Shown here: positions 8,023-17,512 of the stretch, in pieces
Layout: the number at the start of each line of letters is the position of its first letter
Numbering within the stretch: position 1 is the first letter of the stretch
Source of the DNA: a virus
Strand: one strand, 5' to 3'
Virus record (IMG/VR): IMGVR_UViG_3300042565_001021
Coordinates: 1-64,000 of that record
Length of the DNA: 64,000 nt
Program-made: the position numbers and the translations under genes
Notes under the pieces: model-generated
The model's input: the letters and a program-made list of their open reading frames with translations, nothing else
Told to the model about the DNA's origin: nothing
Database searches by the model: none

Positions 8023-10779
8023 TTAATCAAACGAAAATAATGAATCGAACGACGATTTGACTTGAGTATTGTTGGTAATATCCCAATTCAAAACTCCGAG
8101 TAAGTTTTCGAATTTCTTAGCGATAGTATCTTCCATTTCACTACTATCGAACGGTAAATCCTTAAACCAATCTGGAATATGAAGAACGTCTGTTGGATAA
8201 GCAACCGAAGTGTATCCCATCGGATTTGGGCGAAGCTTACAGACGATGACTTTCATTCCATCAACTATCTTCATGCTGTAATTGTCGCCATTCATTCGGC
8301 GTAAGATATTCCAATTCATTGCTGCTCTGACGTGTCCGGGCAAGTTCGACTTACCTTCGCGCTCTTCTGTTTCTGTGTAGTTCGTCAAGTTGTTTACACG
8401 TTTCGGAGAACCTTTTTCCCAAGCTGGGACTTCAGCAAAGAACCGCTTAAACTCTTTAATTTTCTCAATGATCTGTTCCTTTGGCACATCGAGAAGAACG
8501 TCTTGTAAAATAACGCTTAGGAATTCCTGAACGACCTTCGGGGTGTCGCTGCGTCGTAGATCAAGTCCAGTAGCCTTTACTTTACCTAACCCTTCAATAA
8601 CACCTTTCTTCTTTGCTGTTTCGTGATCATAGTGATCAAGTCGTGTACCTTCTTGCTCATATACTAGAATAGCATAACGCTTCTTAGTAACAAACAATCC
8701 ACTGAGAGCAACAGTTTCTCGGCCGCCTTTAATCAGCGTACCGCGCTCTGATGGGCAATGGCATTCCCTCTCCATCATTGCTGGGAAGCTTTCGTTTACT
8801 TGTTCAGCAATGCTGTCGTATAGTTGGATGGCTATCTCTTTGTTCCATTCCATTTTCTTTGCTTTGACATCATCTTTAACCATTGGCCAAGCAGAGAAGT
8901 AAGCAGAGTCAGTATCACCGTACACAATAGCTTCGCCGTTGTATTCGTATTTGCCCGTTAAGCATTCGTTAATGAATGCGTCCATGTGTCTCGCAATGAT
9001 ACGACCAGTTAACGTAGTAGATTGACCTAAGCGATGATCGTGGAATCTACAACCTGGGTTAAGCAATGCTCCGTACAAACTGTTTAGGTTAATCTTCTTA
9101 ACAAGCTGTCGCTTATCCCAGAACGCAATTTCTTCTTTATCAGTTGCTGCTTTCTTTTTAGCTTGTAGTTCTTTTCGTTCAGCGTACCAAGTTGCTAGTA
9201 GCGTAGGTATAATACCTTCTGTCTCGTATTGGAAGATCGTACCGTTTGCGCTCAGGACCCACTTCTGACCACCTTCGAAGATGATACGCCATACTTCGTC
9301 TGCTGTGTGAGCAGTAGATACCCCATCTTCTTCCCAGTCAATAATGATCTCGGTACCTTTCTCCATGTTCATAACTGCGGTGTACTCTAAACTACCGAAC
9401 AGTCCTTCCCACGCGCCAGCAAACGACGCACCTTTAATCGTTTTCTTACCTACCTTCTTATCGGCCATTTTCTCAGAAATGTATCTATCAGTCATTACTG
9501 GACGAAGCTGACCGACAATAGTTTCTGGACCCATGTTCAGGGCACGAATACACGAAGGGTACAGAGAGTTAATGTCGATTGCTCCGATGTATTTGTGCAT
9601 TCCTTTTCTCGGATAAGCAACATACGCACCGGCTGCCTTTTCTGTTAGGTCCTCTTCTTTATCCTCGTCGTCTTCGTTGTGGAATGTGCGTTCCTTGCGC
9701 GACGGAACAATAAGCCCTTGCTTATGAGCAGCATTGATGATTGCCTGGTCGGTGACCGCAACCGCTCCCATAGTTGTCTGTAGCAATACTGTGTTATCGT
9801 GCGCTAGTTCGTTTGTCAGGTCCAGGAATTTTAGCTTCTTGTCAAGCTTCGCTAGTAGTATAACGTCCTGTCTGTTATAGTCTAAGAACTTGTAGTAGTC
9901 TTGGTTATACAGTTGATCCAGTGATCCCTCGTAGGACACCTTTCTCTCACCTAGCTCGTACTCACCAATAGCATCCAGCGAATAGCTGTGACGCTCTTCG
10001 TAAGTGTACTTGCGATACAGTTGCATGTAGTCAAGGTGTACGCGGCCAATTAGATCAAATGTAGTGCTCTTAGCACCGTACCGTTCGAACTCTCGCTGCT
10101 TAGGAAGCTGACCCCACAAACACATACGACGCAGGTCATCTTTAGCTAAGGTACGAATGATTCGCCCTACAATGTAGGGTATGTCGTACCCTTCGCTGTT
10201 CCAACCTGTTAAAATATCTGCGTCGTCGATGAGAGTTAAGAAAGAGTCAAGCATGTCAGCTTCTCTTTCAAACACATAAGTATCGTCGAACTTATTTGCT
10301 ATCACTTCAGCAGCTTCTAAAGACAACGATTTCGGTGGAACAGATAAAGTAACTAACTTATCTAGCCAGTCAAAGTAAATCGTGATAGCAGTGATTTTGT
10401 TGAATGGGTTATCTGTCGGAGCGTATCCACCTTGCTCTATGTCAAAGTCTGCCTCGATGTCGATAAATGCTGTGTGTAGCTTAGGAGACTTTGCTCCCAT
10501 GTAGTTAGTTTCTAAGCATCGAAAGACTACGTTACAGTCATTTTCCCACAGCCGCTTTCCACTGTGGATACGCATCTCTTTCCTAAACTCTTTATTGGAA
10601 CGAGATGTGAATCTGCTTACTGGTGTGCGGTAGATTGTTTGATGCTTACCTTTTGGGTCATCGAAATAAAAAATATATTCCGCCGGGAAATCTCTGAATA
10701 CTCGATTCCCATCTTTGTCGCGTTCTACTACGTGAATGCGATCTTTCTCTCGGTCGTGCCGTGCGTCGACGTAACTCAA
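8023..10779 (-). CDS. family B DNA polymerase (T4 gp43-like), TTG start
   Basis: exonuclease DIE and YNxxD motifs; polymerase DINSLYPS, KINLNSLYG and YGDTDS motifs. Confidence 0.97.
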   Translation of the reverse strand: MSYVDARHDREKDRIHVVERDKDGNRVFRDFPAEYIFYFDDPKGKHQTIYRTPVSRFTSRSNKEFRKEMRIHSGKRLWENDCNVVFRCLETNYMGAKSPKLHTAFIDIEADFDIEQGGYAPTDNPFNKITAITIYFDWLDKLVTLSVPPKSLSLEAAEVIANKFDDTYVFEREADMLDSFLTLIDDADILTGWNSEGYDIPYIVGRIIRTLAKDDLRRMCLWGQLPKQREFERYGAKSTTFDLIGRVHLDYMQLYRKYTYEERHSYSLDAIGEYELGERKVSYEGSLDQLYNQDYYKFLDYNRQDVILLAKLDKKLKFLDLTNELAHDNTVLLQTTMGAVAVTDQAIINAAHKQGLIVPSRKERTFHNEDDEDKEEDLTEKAAGAYVAYPRKGMHKYIGAIDINSLYPSCIRALNMGPETIVGQLRPVMTDRYISEKMADKKVGKKTIKGASFAGAWEGLFGSLEYTAVMNMEKGTEIIIDWEEDGVSTAHTADEVWRIIFEGGQKWVLSANGTIFQYETEGIIPTLLATWYAERKELQAKKKAATDKEEIAFWDKRQLVKKINLNSLYGALLNPGCRFHDHRLGQSTTLTGRIIARHMDAFINECLTGKYEYNGEAIVYGDTDSAYFSAWPMVKDDVKAKKMEWNKEIAIQLYDSIAEQVNESFPAMMERECHCPSERGTLIKGGRETVALSGLFVTKKRYAILVYEQEGTRLDHYDHETAKKKGVIEGLGKVKATGLDLRRSDTPKVVQEFLSVILQDVLLDVPKEQIIEKIKEFKRFFAEVPAWEKGSPKRVNNLTNYTETEEREGKSNLPGHVRAAMNWNILRRMNGDNYSMKIVDGMKVIVCKLRPNPMGYTSVAYPTDVLHIPDWFKDLPFDSSEMEDTIAKKFENLLGVLNWDITNNTQVKSSFDSLFSFD

Positions 10780-10844
10780 ATTGATACTCCTATTATCCGC
10801 TTGTGGCCGGAATCACCGTGATTTAAGTGCTGCTAGATTATTTC

Positions 10845-11105
10845 CTAGAGAGTACGCCCAACAGTTTCAAGAAGATCAGCAACTGTTTCGTGGTCTTCGT
10901 TCATTTCGGTGAACCTGGACTTTTGGGCAACCTTTACGGCTTTCTTCAGTAAGGCCGGTTTTATCTCTAGCTCTTCTGCTACTGCTTTGATTGTATCCGA
11001 AAGGCCTTCAGACAAGTCTTCTACTTCTTGGAGCACCGCTATGCTTTCGGTGAATAGCTGTGTCAGTTTCGCTTTCTGTTCCGGTGTAAACATCCTAGTA
11101 ACCAT
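10845..11105 (-). CDS. dsDNA-binding protein (T4 DsbA-like)
   Basis: 86-aa helical protein with IKAVAEELEIKP motif. Confidence 0.65.
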   Translation of the reverse strand: MVTRMFTPEQKAKLTQLFTESIAVLQEVEDLSEGLSDTIKAVAEELEIKPALLKKAVKVAQKSRFTEMNEDHETVADLLETVGRTL

Positions 11106-11167
11106 ACAATGAATCTCCTATTTAAATTATTATAACGTAATATTATTTGTTAAATCAACCCGTTTGG

Positions 11168-11238
11168 TATAAATAATAGTGCGGTTCGCTGGTTTCGTCG
11201 ACCCTAACCGCTCTATCGCTAACTGGAGCAACAGCATG
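11168..11238 (+). promoter_or_regulatory. late promoter plus conserved structured leader of homing endonuclease (copy C)
   Basis: TATAAATA followed by GCGGTT/AACCGC, GGT/ACC and GCT/AGC stems; same layout at 46303 and 47385. Confidence 0.7.
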
Positions 11239-11907
11239 AGTATTTATAGTCATATCGCGCCACCCACTGGATTTTATGTATACGCATATATTCGGATTAA
11301 AGATTCTAAAACAGCAAAAGCAGGCACACCTTACTACATTGGTAAAGGTAAGCAATCAAGGGCAATCGCAAAACATTCTTTTACAGTTCCGGAATGCTCG
11401 AGAATAATTATCTTAGAAGAAAACCTAACCGAAATCGGTGCTTTAGCAATTGAGAGGCGCCTTATTAGATTATGGGGCCGTAAAGATTTAGGAACCGGTA
11501 TTTTGTTGAATATGACTGACGGCGGCGACGGTGCCGAGGGGCAACTGTGTTCAGATTCGAAGAGAGCTGCTCTTTCGAAAAAGTTAACCGGGTTATCAAA
11601 AACTACCGACGCATATAAGAAAATACTATCTGACGAAATCAAGAATGGTAAGCGACCCACATTTACTACTGCCGGATATAAATTCACGGATGAACAATGT
11701 TCTAATATATCAAAAGGAAGAAAAGGGCAACCTGCGAACAACAAAGGGGTATCGCCGACAAAAGTAACCTGCTTACACTGTAAGAAAGAAGTAGATGTCC
11801 GCAACTATTCGCGATGGCATTTTAATAACTGTAAGAAGGGTGTCCGATTCGAACAAGCAGGCAGCGAATCTACTTATTCAGGTTCGGATCGACCTACGCC
11901 ACCGTAG
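11236..11907 (+). CDS. GIY-YIG homing endonuclease
   Basis: FYVYAY..YYIGKG and NMTDGGDG motifs, C-terminal CLHC...WH..NC; start moved to the ATG 7 nt after GGAG. Confidence 0.85.
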   Translation: MSIYSHIAPPTGFYVYAYIRIKDSKTAKAGTPYYIGKGKQSRAIAKHSFTVPECSRIIILEENLTEIGALAIERRLIRLWGRKDLGTGILLNMTDGGDGAEGQLCSDSKRAALSKKLTGLSKTTDAYKKILSDEIKNGKRPTFTTAGYKFTDEQCSNISKGRKGQPANNKGVSPTKVTCLHCKKEVDVRNYSRWHFNNCKKGVRFEQAGSESTYSGSDRPTPP

Positions 11908-11926
11908 CCATAACGGTCCCGGTTAC
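11839..11926 (-). ncRNA. candidate pseudoknotted structured RNA
   Basis: GTAACC/GGCTAC, GGTG/CACC, AGGT/ACCT and 10-bp GAATAAGTAG/CTGCTTGTTC stems plus a TCCGA/TCGGA pseudoknot. Confidence 0.5.
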
Positions 11927-11931
11927 GTTCT

Positions 11932-13149
11932 TTATCGTCGGCCACCAAGGTCGGTGACCGGTTCCTTTAACCATTCTATGCGGTTCTTTATTTTAGCAGC
12001 AAGTGCTGGATCTTTATCGACTACTTGTTCGTATCGTTGTTCTAACTTAGCAATCTTCTCGTTAGTTATTTGATCCATTTTATGATAAGCACCACCTAAC
12101 CCACCAACAGTGCCAACAGCAATTGCAGTAGCAGCTATATTTTGTTTCCATCCTTCTTTAATCTCGTCTTCAGTAAACACTGGTGGATTTTGCTTGGTCT
12201 GTATCTTACGTTTCAGTGCTTCACGACCTTTAACACGATCCCACATGCCGCGGACTTTACCTTTAGCAATCTCACCTTTTACTTCGTCTGGTTGAGTTCG
12301 AAGATCGCGCAGTCTCTTTGCTTGTAGATTTGCTACTGTTAGGTCGTCGATCTCGCGAACAATCTTCTCTCCGTTATCATCATACTCTCTGTGTATTGAA
12401 GTTAAGTCTTTTAAACGGGAATCCCATGGAGCAAACACTTCGTTTGGTTGTACAGCAATCATATCACCTGCTGCCCAGTTCCTTAGCTTGCCACCGTTTA
12501 GTTTAATGTGACACAGTCCGGTCTCACCAATGCGCTTAAACAGTCCATACGATACATTATCTGGATGATCGTTAGCAACAATTGCTACCTGCTGACCTAC
12601 GAGTTTCTCTACACCTTTGTTGAATATGCTTCCTTGCTTGTTAGGGATGCTCTTAGTCATTGAGGCTTCTGGCACCGGAATACCTTTGTCATACCCTTCT
12701 ACATAGTATGCGTCGTATACCTTAAACCCTTGCTTCTTGTAATGTTCAACTGCTTTCTTGAGTGCGTCAACTTCGTCGCCTTTAACACGGATGAACTTTT
12801 GAATTTCCTCGTTTCTTTCTGACACTGCTACGGCGTTAGGATTAGATATCGTAACAGAGATGCGATGATAGGCTGTGTTAGATTCGTTTATAGCAGTTCC
12901 TTCATTCTCGATCTCTTCTGTAAACCCCTTTAAGGCCATTGTAGCTTTAATCTTTTCAAACGGCAAAGTAACAGGAATACGCTTCTTCTCTTGCCCTACT
13001 TCCATCTCGAAAGCGTTTTCTCCAGGACCCGTCTTCCATAGGTAGATCTTAGATGCCATGCCAGTTGGTTTATCTAGTGTAGGACCTTTGCGGAAAATAG
13101 CAATTAGCTTGCCTTCGCTTTCTTGTAAAAAGAGTTCAGTGACAAACAT
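11932..13149 (-). CDS. putative internal virion protein (modular)
   Basis: N-terminus MFVTELFLQE and internal INE-S, FTE-D and IKE-G motifs. Confidence 0.5.
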   Translation of the reverse strand: MFVTELFLQESEGKLIAIFRKGPTLDKPTGMASKIYLWKTGPGENAFEMEVGQEKKRIPVTLPFEKIKATMALKGFTEEIENEGTAINESNTAYHRISVTISNPNAVAVSERNEEIQKFIRVKGDEVDALKKAVEHYKKQGFKVYDAYYVEGYDKGIPVPEASMTKSIPNKQGSIFNKGVEKLVGQQVAIVANDHPDNVSYGLFKRIGETGLCHIKLNGGKLRNWAAGDMIAVQPNEVFAPWDSRLKDLTSIHREYDDNGEKIVREIDDLTVANLQAKRLRDLRTQPDEVKGEIAKGKVRGMWDRVKGREALKRKIQTKQNPPVFTEDEIKEGWKQNIAATAIAVGTVGGLGGAYHKMDQITNEKIAKLEQRYEQVVDKDPALAAKIKNRIEWLKEPVTDLGGRR

Positions 13150-13151
13150 GC

Positions 13152-13514
13152 TTATTTTTCCTTGTTAATAAGATTCAGTGATTTTTCATCTTCTCGACGA
13201 GCGTCTCGGATACGACGAACGTATCGATCATGTAATGCTTGCTCCATCGGCTCAAGCCTGCCGCCTTGTGCTTGTTTCTTAGCGTCGAGCTTAAATAGCT
13301 CGTCTTCAGTTTGTTCTATGCGCAACTGTCTGACATTGTATTCCATTGACTGCTGCATCCTGGCTACGTCAGCAGCTGAGGCATAGTGACTGTCGATTGC
13401 CCAGATGCTACCCAGGATAGCAACCACCGCGGAAACTACTGACCCGACCGTTTTTAAGCTAATTGTCACATGCTTAGATTCTAATGCTGTTGCTGGTTCT
13501 TGTTCGTCTGCCAT
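13152..13514 (-). CDS. single-TM coiled-coil protein
   Basis: hydrophobic helix VGSVVSAVVAILGSIWAI followed by a helical domain. Confidence 0.6.
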   Translation of the reverse strand: MADEQEPATALESKHVTISLKTVGSVVSAVVAILGSIWAIDSHYASAADVARMQQSMEYNVRQLRIEQTEDELFKLDAKKQAQGGRLEPMEQALHDRYVRRIRDARREDEKSLNLINKEK

Positions 13515-13515
13515 A

Positions 13516-14658
13516 TTATGCCTTTGCTATAGTCTGTTTTAGAGCATTAAATGCTGCCGGCTGCATCGAACTCTTTAGCCCAGTTACCATGTCAGGTACT
13601 GATGCCTTAGCTGCCATCGGTGATCCTGGAGGTGCTGGCGGTTGCTGTGGTTGCGTTTGTGCTGCTGGTTGTTGTCCTGGCTGTACAGGTTGTCCTGGTT
13701 GAGCTTGAGCAGGTTGTCCGGGAGTAGGAACGACCTGGTTAATCGGAGCCTCTTTAAGAGACTTGTTAGCCATTGCCTTCTTAGTTTCTCTTAGCTTGCC
13801 CTGCATGTCCTCTAGCTTCCTGCGCAATGCTTCTGCTTTTGATCTCTTAGACTGAGGGGCACTTTCGTCTGTAAGCGGCTTTGCGCCTTGTGCTTTTACG
13901 ATTGATTCCCAGGACGGAGTTTCTTCTTGCTGAGGTTTAGTTGCCGGCTTTCTAACTGGTGGTCGTGAGCGCTCGGTCGGGACATCTTTGCTTGCTCCAC
14001 GGAATTCGTCGTGGCCGGCCTTCGCTTCGTTCATTGCTTCGTAATCTTTATTGTCGACATACATGTCGGAATCACGATCGTAATACTTGCCTTCTCTTGC
14101 GTCGTAATACAGCACCTTGCCGCTCTTTGTGCGGAACGGTCCTTCTAACCCTTGGTCAGACATATCAGTGTAGCGTTCTCTGTCAATGCTTGGCACTGTG
14201 CCGCGGGCATTGATACGATCCCATAGTGCTCTATTCTCACCCTTGGCTTCTTCAACTGGTTTTTCAACGACCGGTCCCGGTGTCACTGGGGTTTCGATAA
14301 CACGAACTTTTACCCCAGTTGTCTGAACTGTTGGAGCTGCTGCTGGCTTTGTTTTAGTAGAAGTGACATCAAACTCTACCATTGGTTTAAACTCGATGGA
14401 CTCAGTTAGTGGAACAAAGAACTTACCATCTACAACCACTTCAAGTTTTGCTTCAAATGTTCCGGCTGGTAAGATACCTTTTAGCTTCGGAATCGTAGCA
14501 GTAATCGTACCGTTGTTCTCAACGCATTTACAGATAATCCCGTAAGTTGGCCCTTCAATAATGAAGCGGATCTCGGACGTTGATTCTGTAGTGCCGTGCA
14601 CTTCGATACCAAAGTCCATCTCAGTTGCTTCATTTAATTCTAATTGTGCTAAAATCAT
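13516..14658 (-). CDS. putative virion protein with beta-rich N-domain and modular low-complexity tail
   Basis: Pro/Gln-rich segments and repeated xxE-A motifs. Confidence 0.55.
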   Translation of the reverse strand: MILAQLELNEATEMDFGIEVHGTTESTSEIRFIIEGPTYGIICKCVENNGTITATIPKLKGILPAGTFEAKLEVVVDGKFFVPLTESIEFKPMVEFDVTSTKTKPAAAPTVQTTGVKVRVIETPVTPGPVVEKPVEEAKGENRALWDRINARGTVPSIDRERYTDMSDQGLEGPFRTKSGKVLYYDAREGKYYDRDSDMYVDNKDYEAMNEAKAGHDEFRGASKDVPTERSRPPVRKPATKPQQEETPSWESIVKAQGAKPLTDESAPQSKRSKAEALRRKLEDMQGKLRETKKAMANKSLKEAPINQVVPTPGQPAQAQPGQPVQPGQQPAAQTQPQQPPAPPGSPMAAKASVPDMVTGLKSSMQPAAFNALKQTIAKA

Positions 14659-15020
14659 AGCTTTTTACCCTTAACAAAGATATTTTTAATATTTATGCCT
14701 AATTGCTGAATCTTAATAGAGACTGTATCTACCAGTCTTATAGCACCCGTAAACCAGGCTGTGATAGCTGGTATTTGATCAGCAAAGAATTTAGATGTTC
14801 TGTATTCTGACTCCCATACTTTATCGTCTTTCTTAATGCGGACGATAATAACATGGTCCATCCCTGTGTAAGGATAGAGTTTGCCAACTCCGGAGCCACC
14901 ACCTCCGCCACCACTGGAAGGAGGGATAACAATTACGTCAAAGCTGTATCCGCATGTAGCCATGCTGAACGTAGTCCATCCCGGACCTACACCCTCAGTG
15001 GCTAACTGAAAGTGATCCAT
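14655..15020 (-). CDS. hypothetical virion-associated protein
   Basis: poly-Gly linker, coupled ORF in the structural block. Confidence 0.55.
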   Translation of the reverse strand: MDHFQLATEGVGPGWTTFSMATCGYSFDVIVIPPSSGGGGGGSGVGKLYPYTGMDHVIIVRIKKDDKVWESEYRTSKFFADQIPAITAWFTGAIRLVDTVSIKIQQLGINIKNIFVKGKKL

Positions 15021-17506
15021 TATACCCTCGTAACTACTGTGCTATTTGCGTCAGAAACAATAGTTTGGCTAATAGTTCCTGCGGTCCTTGCTGTCTTAGT
15101 AACAGTTAGTGGCTTCGTTGGGTCTAAACCAAGGAGCTCGTACATTTCGAGTATCATTGTCTCTTGCGTTGAAGACAATGTCTCAATTTGATCAACTGTA
15201 GTTTGGATATCAAGTATTGTAGCACCTGCTGTTCCTGGGCCATAGGTAGATAGGTCAGCAGTCCACGGGTCGCCAGCGTTACCAGCACCGTTCAACTTTG
15301 CACCCATTGTTAGAGCAGTATTGTGGTCAGCTGAGGATTTGTCCCACACTGCATCAGCAATGTCTGCAGCAGTAATGATATCAATTGCTGTTATGGCGCA
15401 GGAATCAATATGTAGATCGTGGGAGTTGTGATATGTTGTTACGTTATGAACAAGACGTATTTTAACTTCGTTATTATTTGACCGATCGACATGCTGTTCA
15501 TAATAGCTGTGACTAAACTCTGTGTCTAGTGTAGTACTGATCATAAAATCTTCATGCAATAGTTCCCACGCTGCAGATTCTACGTTCCATACCCACAACT
15601 CTATGTAATGGCTAGTACCCTTTCCGTCGTACCGTCCAAATAACGTAAATACTCCCGCCCTCTGTGCTGCTGATGCTAAGTTGAAAACAAACTCAACTGT
15701 TAAACCAGTGACGTTATCTTCGTCAATCACCCAGTGATTATTATCTCGGATTGTGGTGTCTGCTATTGTGCCAGAAGTTAGAGTACCGTATATTATAGAT
15801 CCACTGACGTAAGGTATTGTCGACGTCGCCGTTGCTGCATGTATGTCGGAATGTGTAGCTAACTCTTCACCGAAGGTTCCTTGTGTTGTGTAGTCAACCA
15901 GCTGGGCATACCACACTGCATCGGCAATCTCGGTTGACGTCAATGATGAAGATTCCAACAACGTCCTAAAGTTTATAGCTACGACTTGGTTGTTTGATAT
16001 GTTGCCACCAGTAGATTCGGTAAGAGCCACATTTATCGTTACATATCCGACGTTGTTAACTGTACTGCCCACAACCCACTTCTGCATGGTTCCTGAATCG
16101 TCCTTGTCTTGGATCATTATTTTTGTTCCAGCGACAATCGTGCCTACATGAGCACTAATATCGAGCCCAGTGTTCGTGCTGTGATCTAGGTATATCTGAG
16201 TTGCACTTGCCTGAGTTGCATTATTCCAACGAACTCTTCCTGCACCCGGGTCGGAGTCGGTAGTGATATTGCTAGCTTTATATTCTAGCAGAGTCGATGC
16301 ACTTACCGAAGTGTCAGTTAATGTTCGTGAAGTCGCACTCCATATTGCATCTACTGTAACAGCAAAGCCATCTGCATCAACCTCTGTACCTAGCGAATTG
16401 TTAACCAATGTGCCAAATCCTGTTACTGTAATTTTACCTGTAGTGCATGTTGAATCAACCGTAACAGTTCCACCATTCATATGAATCCACATTTGACCTG
16501 ACGTGGTAGGGTGGTTTTGGTTGATGATCTTAATTCTACCGTTGAATCCATCTAACGTGATGTTCAACCGTGCACCATTACGATCGATGATAGCCGTTGC
16601 CTCGTCAGAGTAGCATTCTTTGAAGTAAGAGGCGTGTCCGGAAGACACGCTTGAGGTCTGCTTAATCGTGTATCCACGGGAGGTACCATCTAATAAGCCG
16701 CATTGTTTGTAGATACAGTGGGCGTTTTCAAGACCGTCAATGATACAATCGTGATACTGCGATTCTCCGCCTTGATATCCCGTTATCTTGCAATGTGTCC
16801 ACTGAGAATTTGTAGTGATACACCCTTGCATTAACGTGACCGTAGTACGGAACACGTTTAAAGTAGCGCCATCGCCTTCGAACCTAAGATTAGTGACATC
16901 GTCTGTTGCCCCGATAGTAATGTTGCTCTTCAGATAAAACAAATCCAGACCACGCTGTGCAGCAATGAACTTTGCGTCTACTAATGTCTTAACTGGCTTT
17001 TGAAGAGTACCAGTTGGGTATACTGTCCCATCAGTTCCGTTCGCTGTGTCAATATACACCTTACCGTTGTAAGATGCCTGTTCCAATTCTCGAGTTTGAA
17101 TAAGACCAGCTGAGTTAGCAGATCTAACAGATACTTGGTTAACAATAACTCGGTCAGCGATGTTTGTGTTAGCGCCGACGATGTTAACAGCGTATTGGCC
17201 GTCTTCGAACGTTACTGTGTAATCATTGATGAGCTCTATAACCCGTGCCAGAGTAACACCACCGACCGTTGTAGGTGGATAATTGTTGTGCGTGTTTGGA
17301 AACACCATTGCTTCGGGCTCATCTTCAAAGCTTTTTAGAGCAAGCCTGAAGGTGTTTGCGTCGAGTTCACGGACTTCGACCGGAGATGTCTGAATTAAAG
17401 TCATCTCAGTTCTCGGAATGATGATATTCCGATTTGGCCAATCCATAGTTATGCCAACCTGTACGTACTTGGTGTTAGCATACCCCGATGCGAAATAATT
17501 AGCCAT
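15020..17506 (-). CDS. virion structural / fibre protein
   Basis: Thr/Gly-rich, beta-helix-like region, repeated IADAVW motifs. Confidence 0.65.
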   Translation of the reverse strand: MANYFASGYANTKYVQVGITMDWPNRNIIIPRTEMTLIQTSPVEVRELDANTFRLALKSFEDEPEAMVFPNTHNNYPPTTVGGVTLARVIELINDYTVTFEDGQYAVNIVGANTNIADRVIVNQVSVRSANSAGLIQTRELEQASYNGKVYIDTANGTDGTVYPTGTLQKPVKTLVDAKFIAAQRGLDLFYLKSNITIGATDDVTNLRFEGDGATLNVFRTTVTLMQGCITTNSQWTHCKITGYQGGESQYHDCIIDGLENAHCIYKQCGLLDGTSRGYTIKQTSSVSSGHASYFKECYSDEATAIIDRNGARLNITLDGFNGRIKIINQNHPTTSGQMWIHMNGGTVTVDSTCTTGKITVTGFGTLVNNSLGTEVDADGFAVTVDAIWSATSRTLTDTSVSASTLLEYKASNITTDSDPGAGRVRWNNATQASATQIYLDHSTNTGLDISAHVGTIVAGTKIMIQDKDDSGTMQKWVVGSTVNNVGYVTINVALTESTGGNISNNQVVAINFRTLLESSSLTSTEIADAVWYAQLVDYTTQGTFGEELATHSDIHAATATSTIPYVSGSIIYGTLTSGTIADTTIRDNNHWVIDEDNVTGLTVEFVFNLASAAQRAGVFTLFGRYDGKGTSHYIELWVWNVESAAWELLHEDFMISTTLDTEFSHSYYEQHVDRSNNNEVKIRLVHNVTTYHNSHDLHIDSCAITAIDIITAADIADAVWDKSSADHNTALTMGAKLNGAGNAGDPWTADLSTYGPGTAGATILDIQTTVDQIETLSSTQETMILEMYELLGLDPTKPLTVTKTARTAGTISQTIVSDANSTVVTRV

Positions 17507-17512
17507 TAACGG

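Noticed and set aside
8023-10779. Intein or intron in the DNA polymerase
   Set aside because: The ORF is continuous, and the insertion after motif A lacks intein C/S...HN ends and LAGLIDADG motifs.
11839-11900. HDV-like (theta) ribozyme assignment for the pseudoknotted RNA
   Set aside because: CGAA precedes the last strand, but the P1/P3/P1.1 nested order of HDV ribozymes is not present; the RNA is kept as unclassified.
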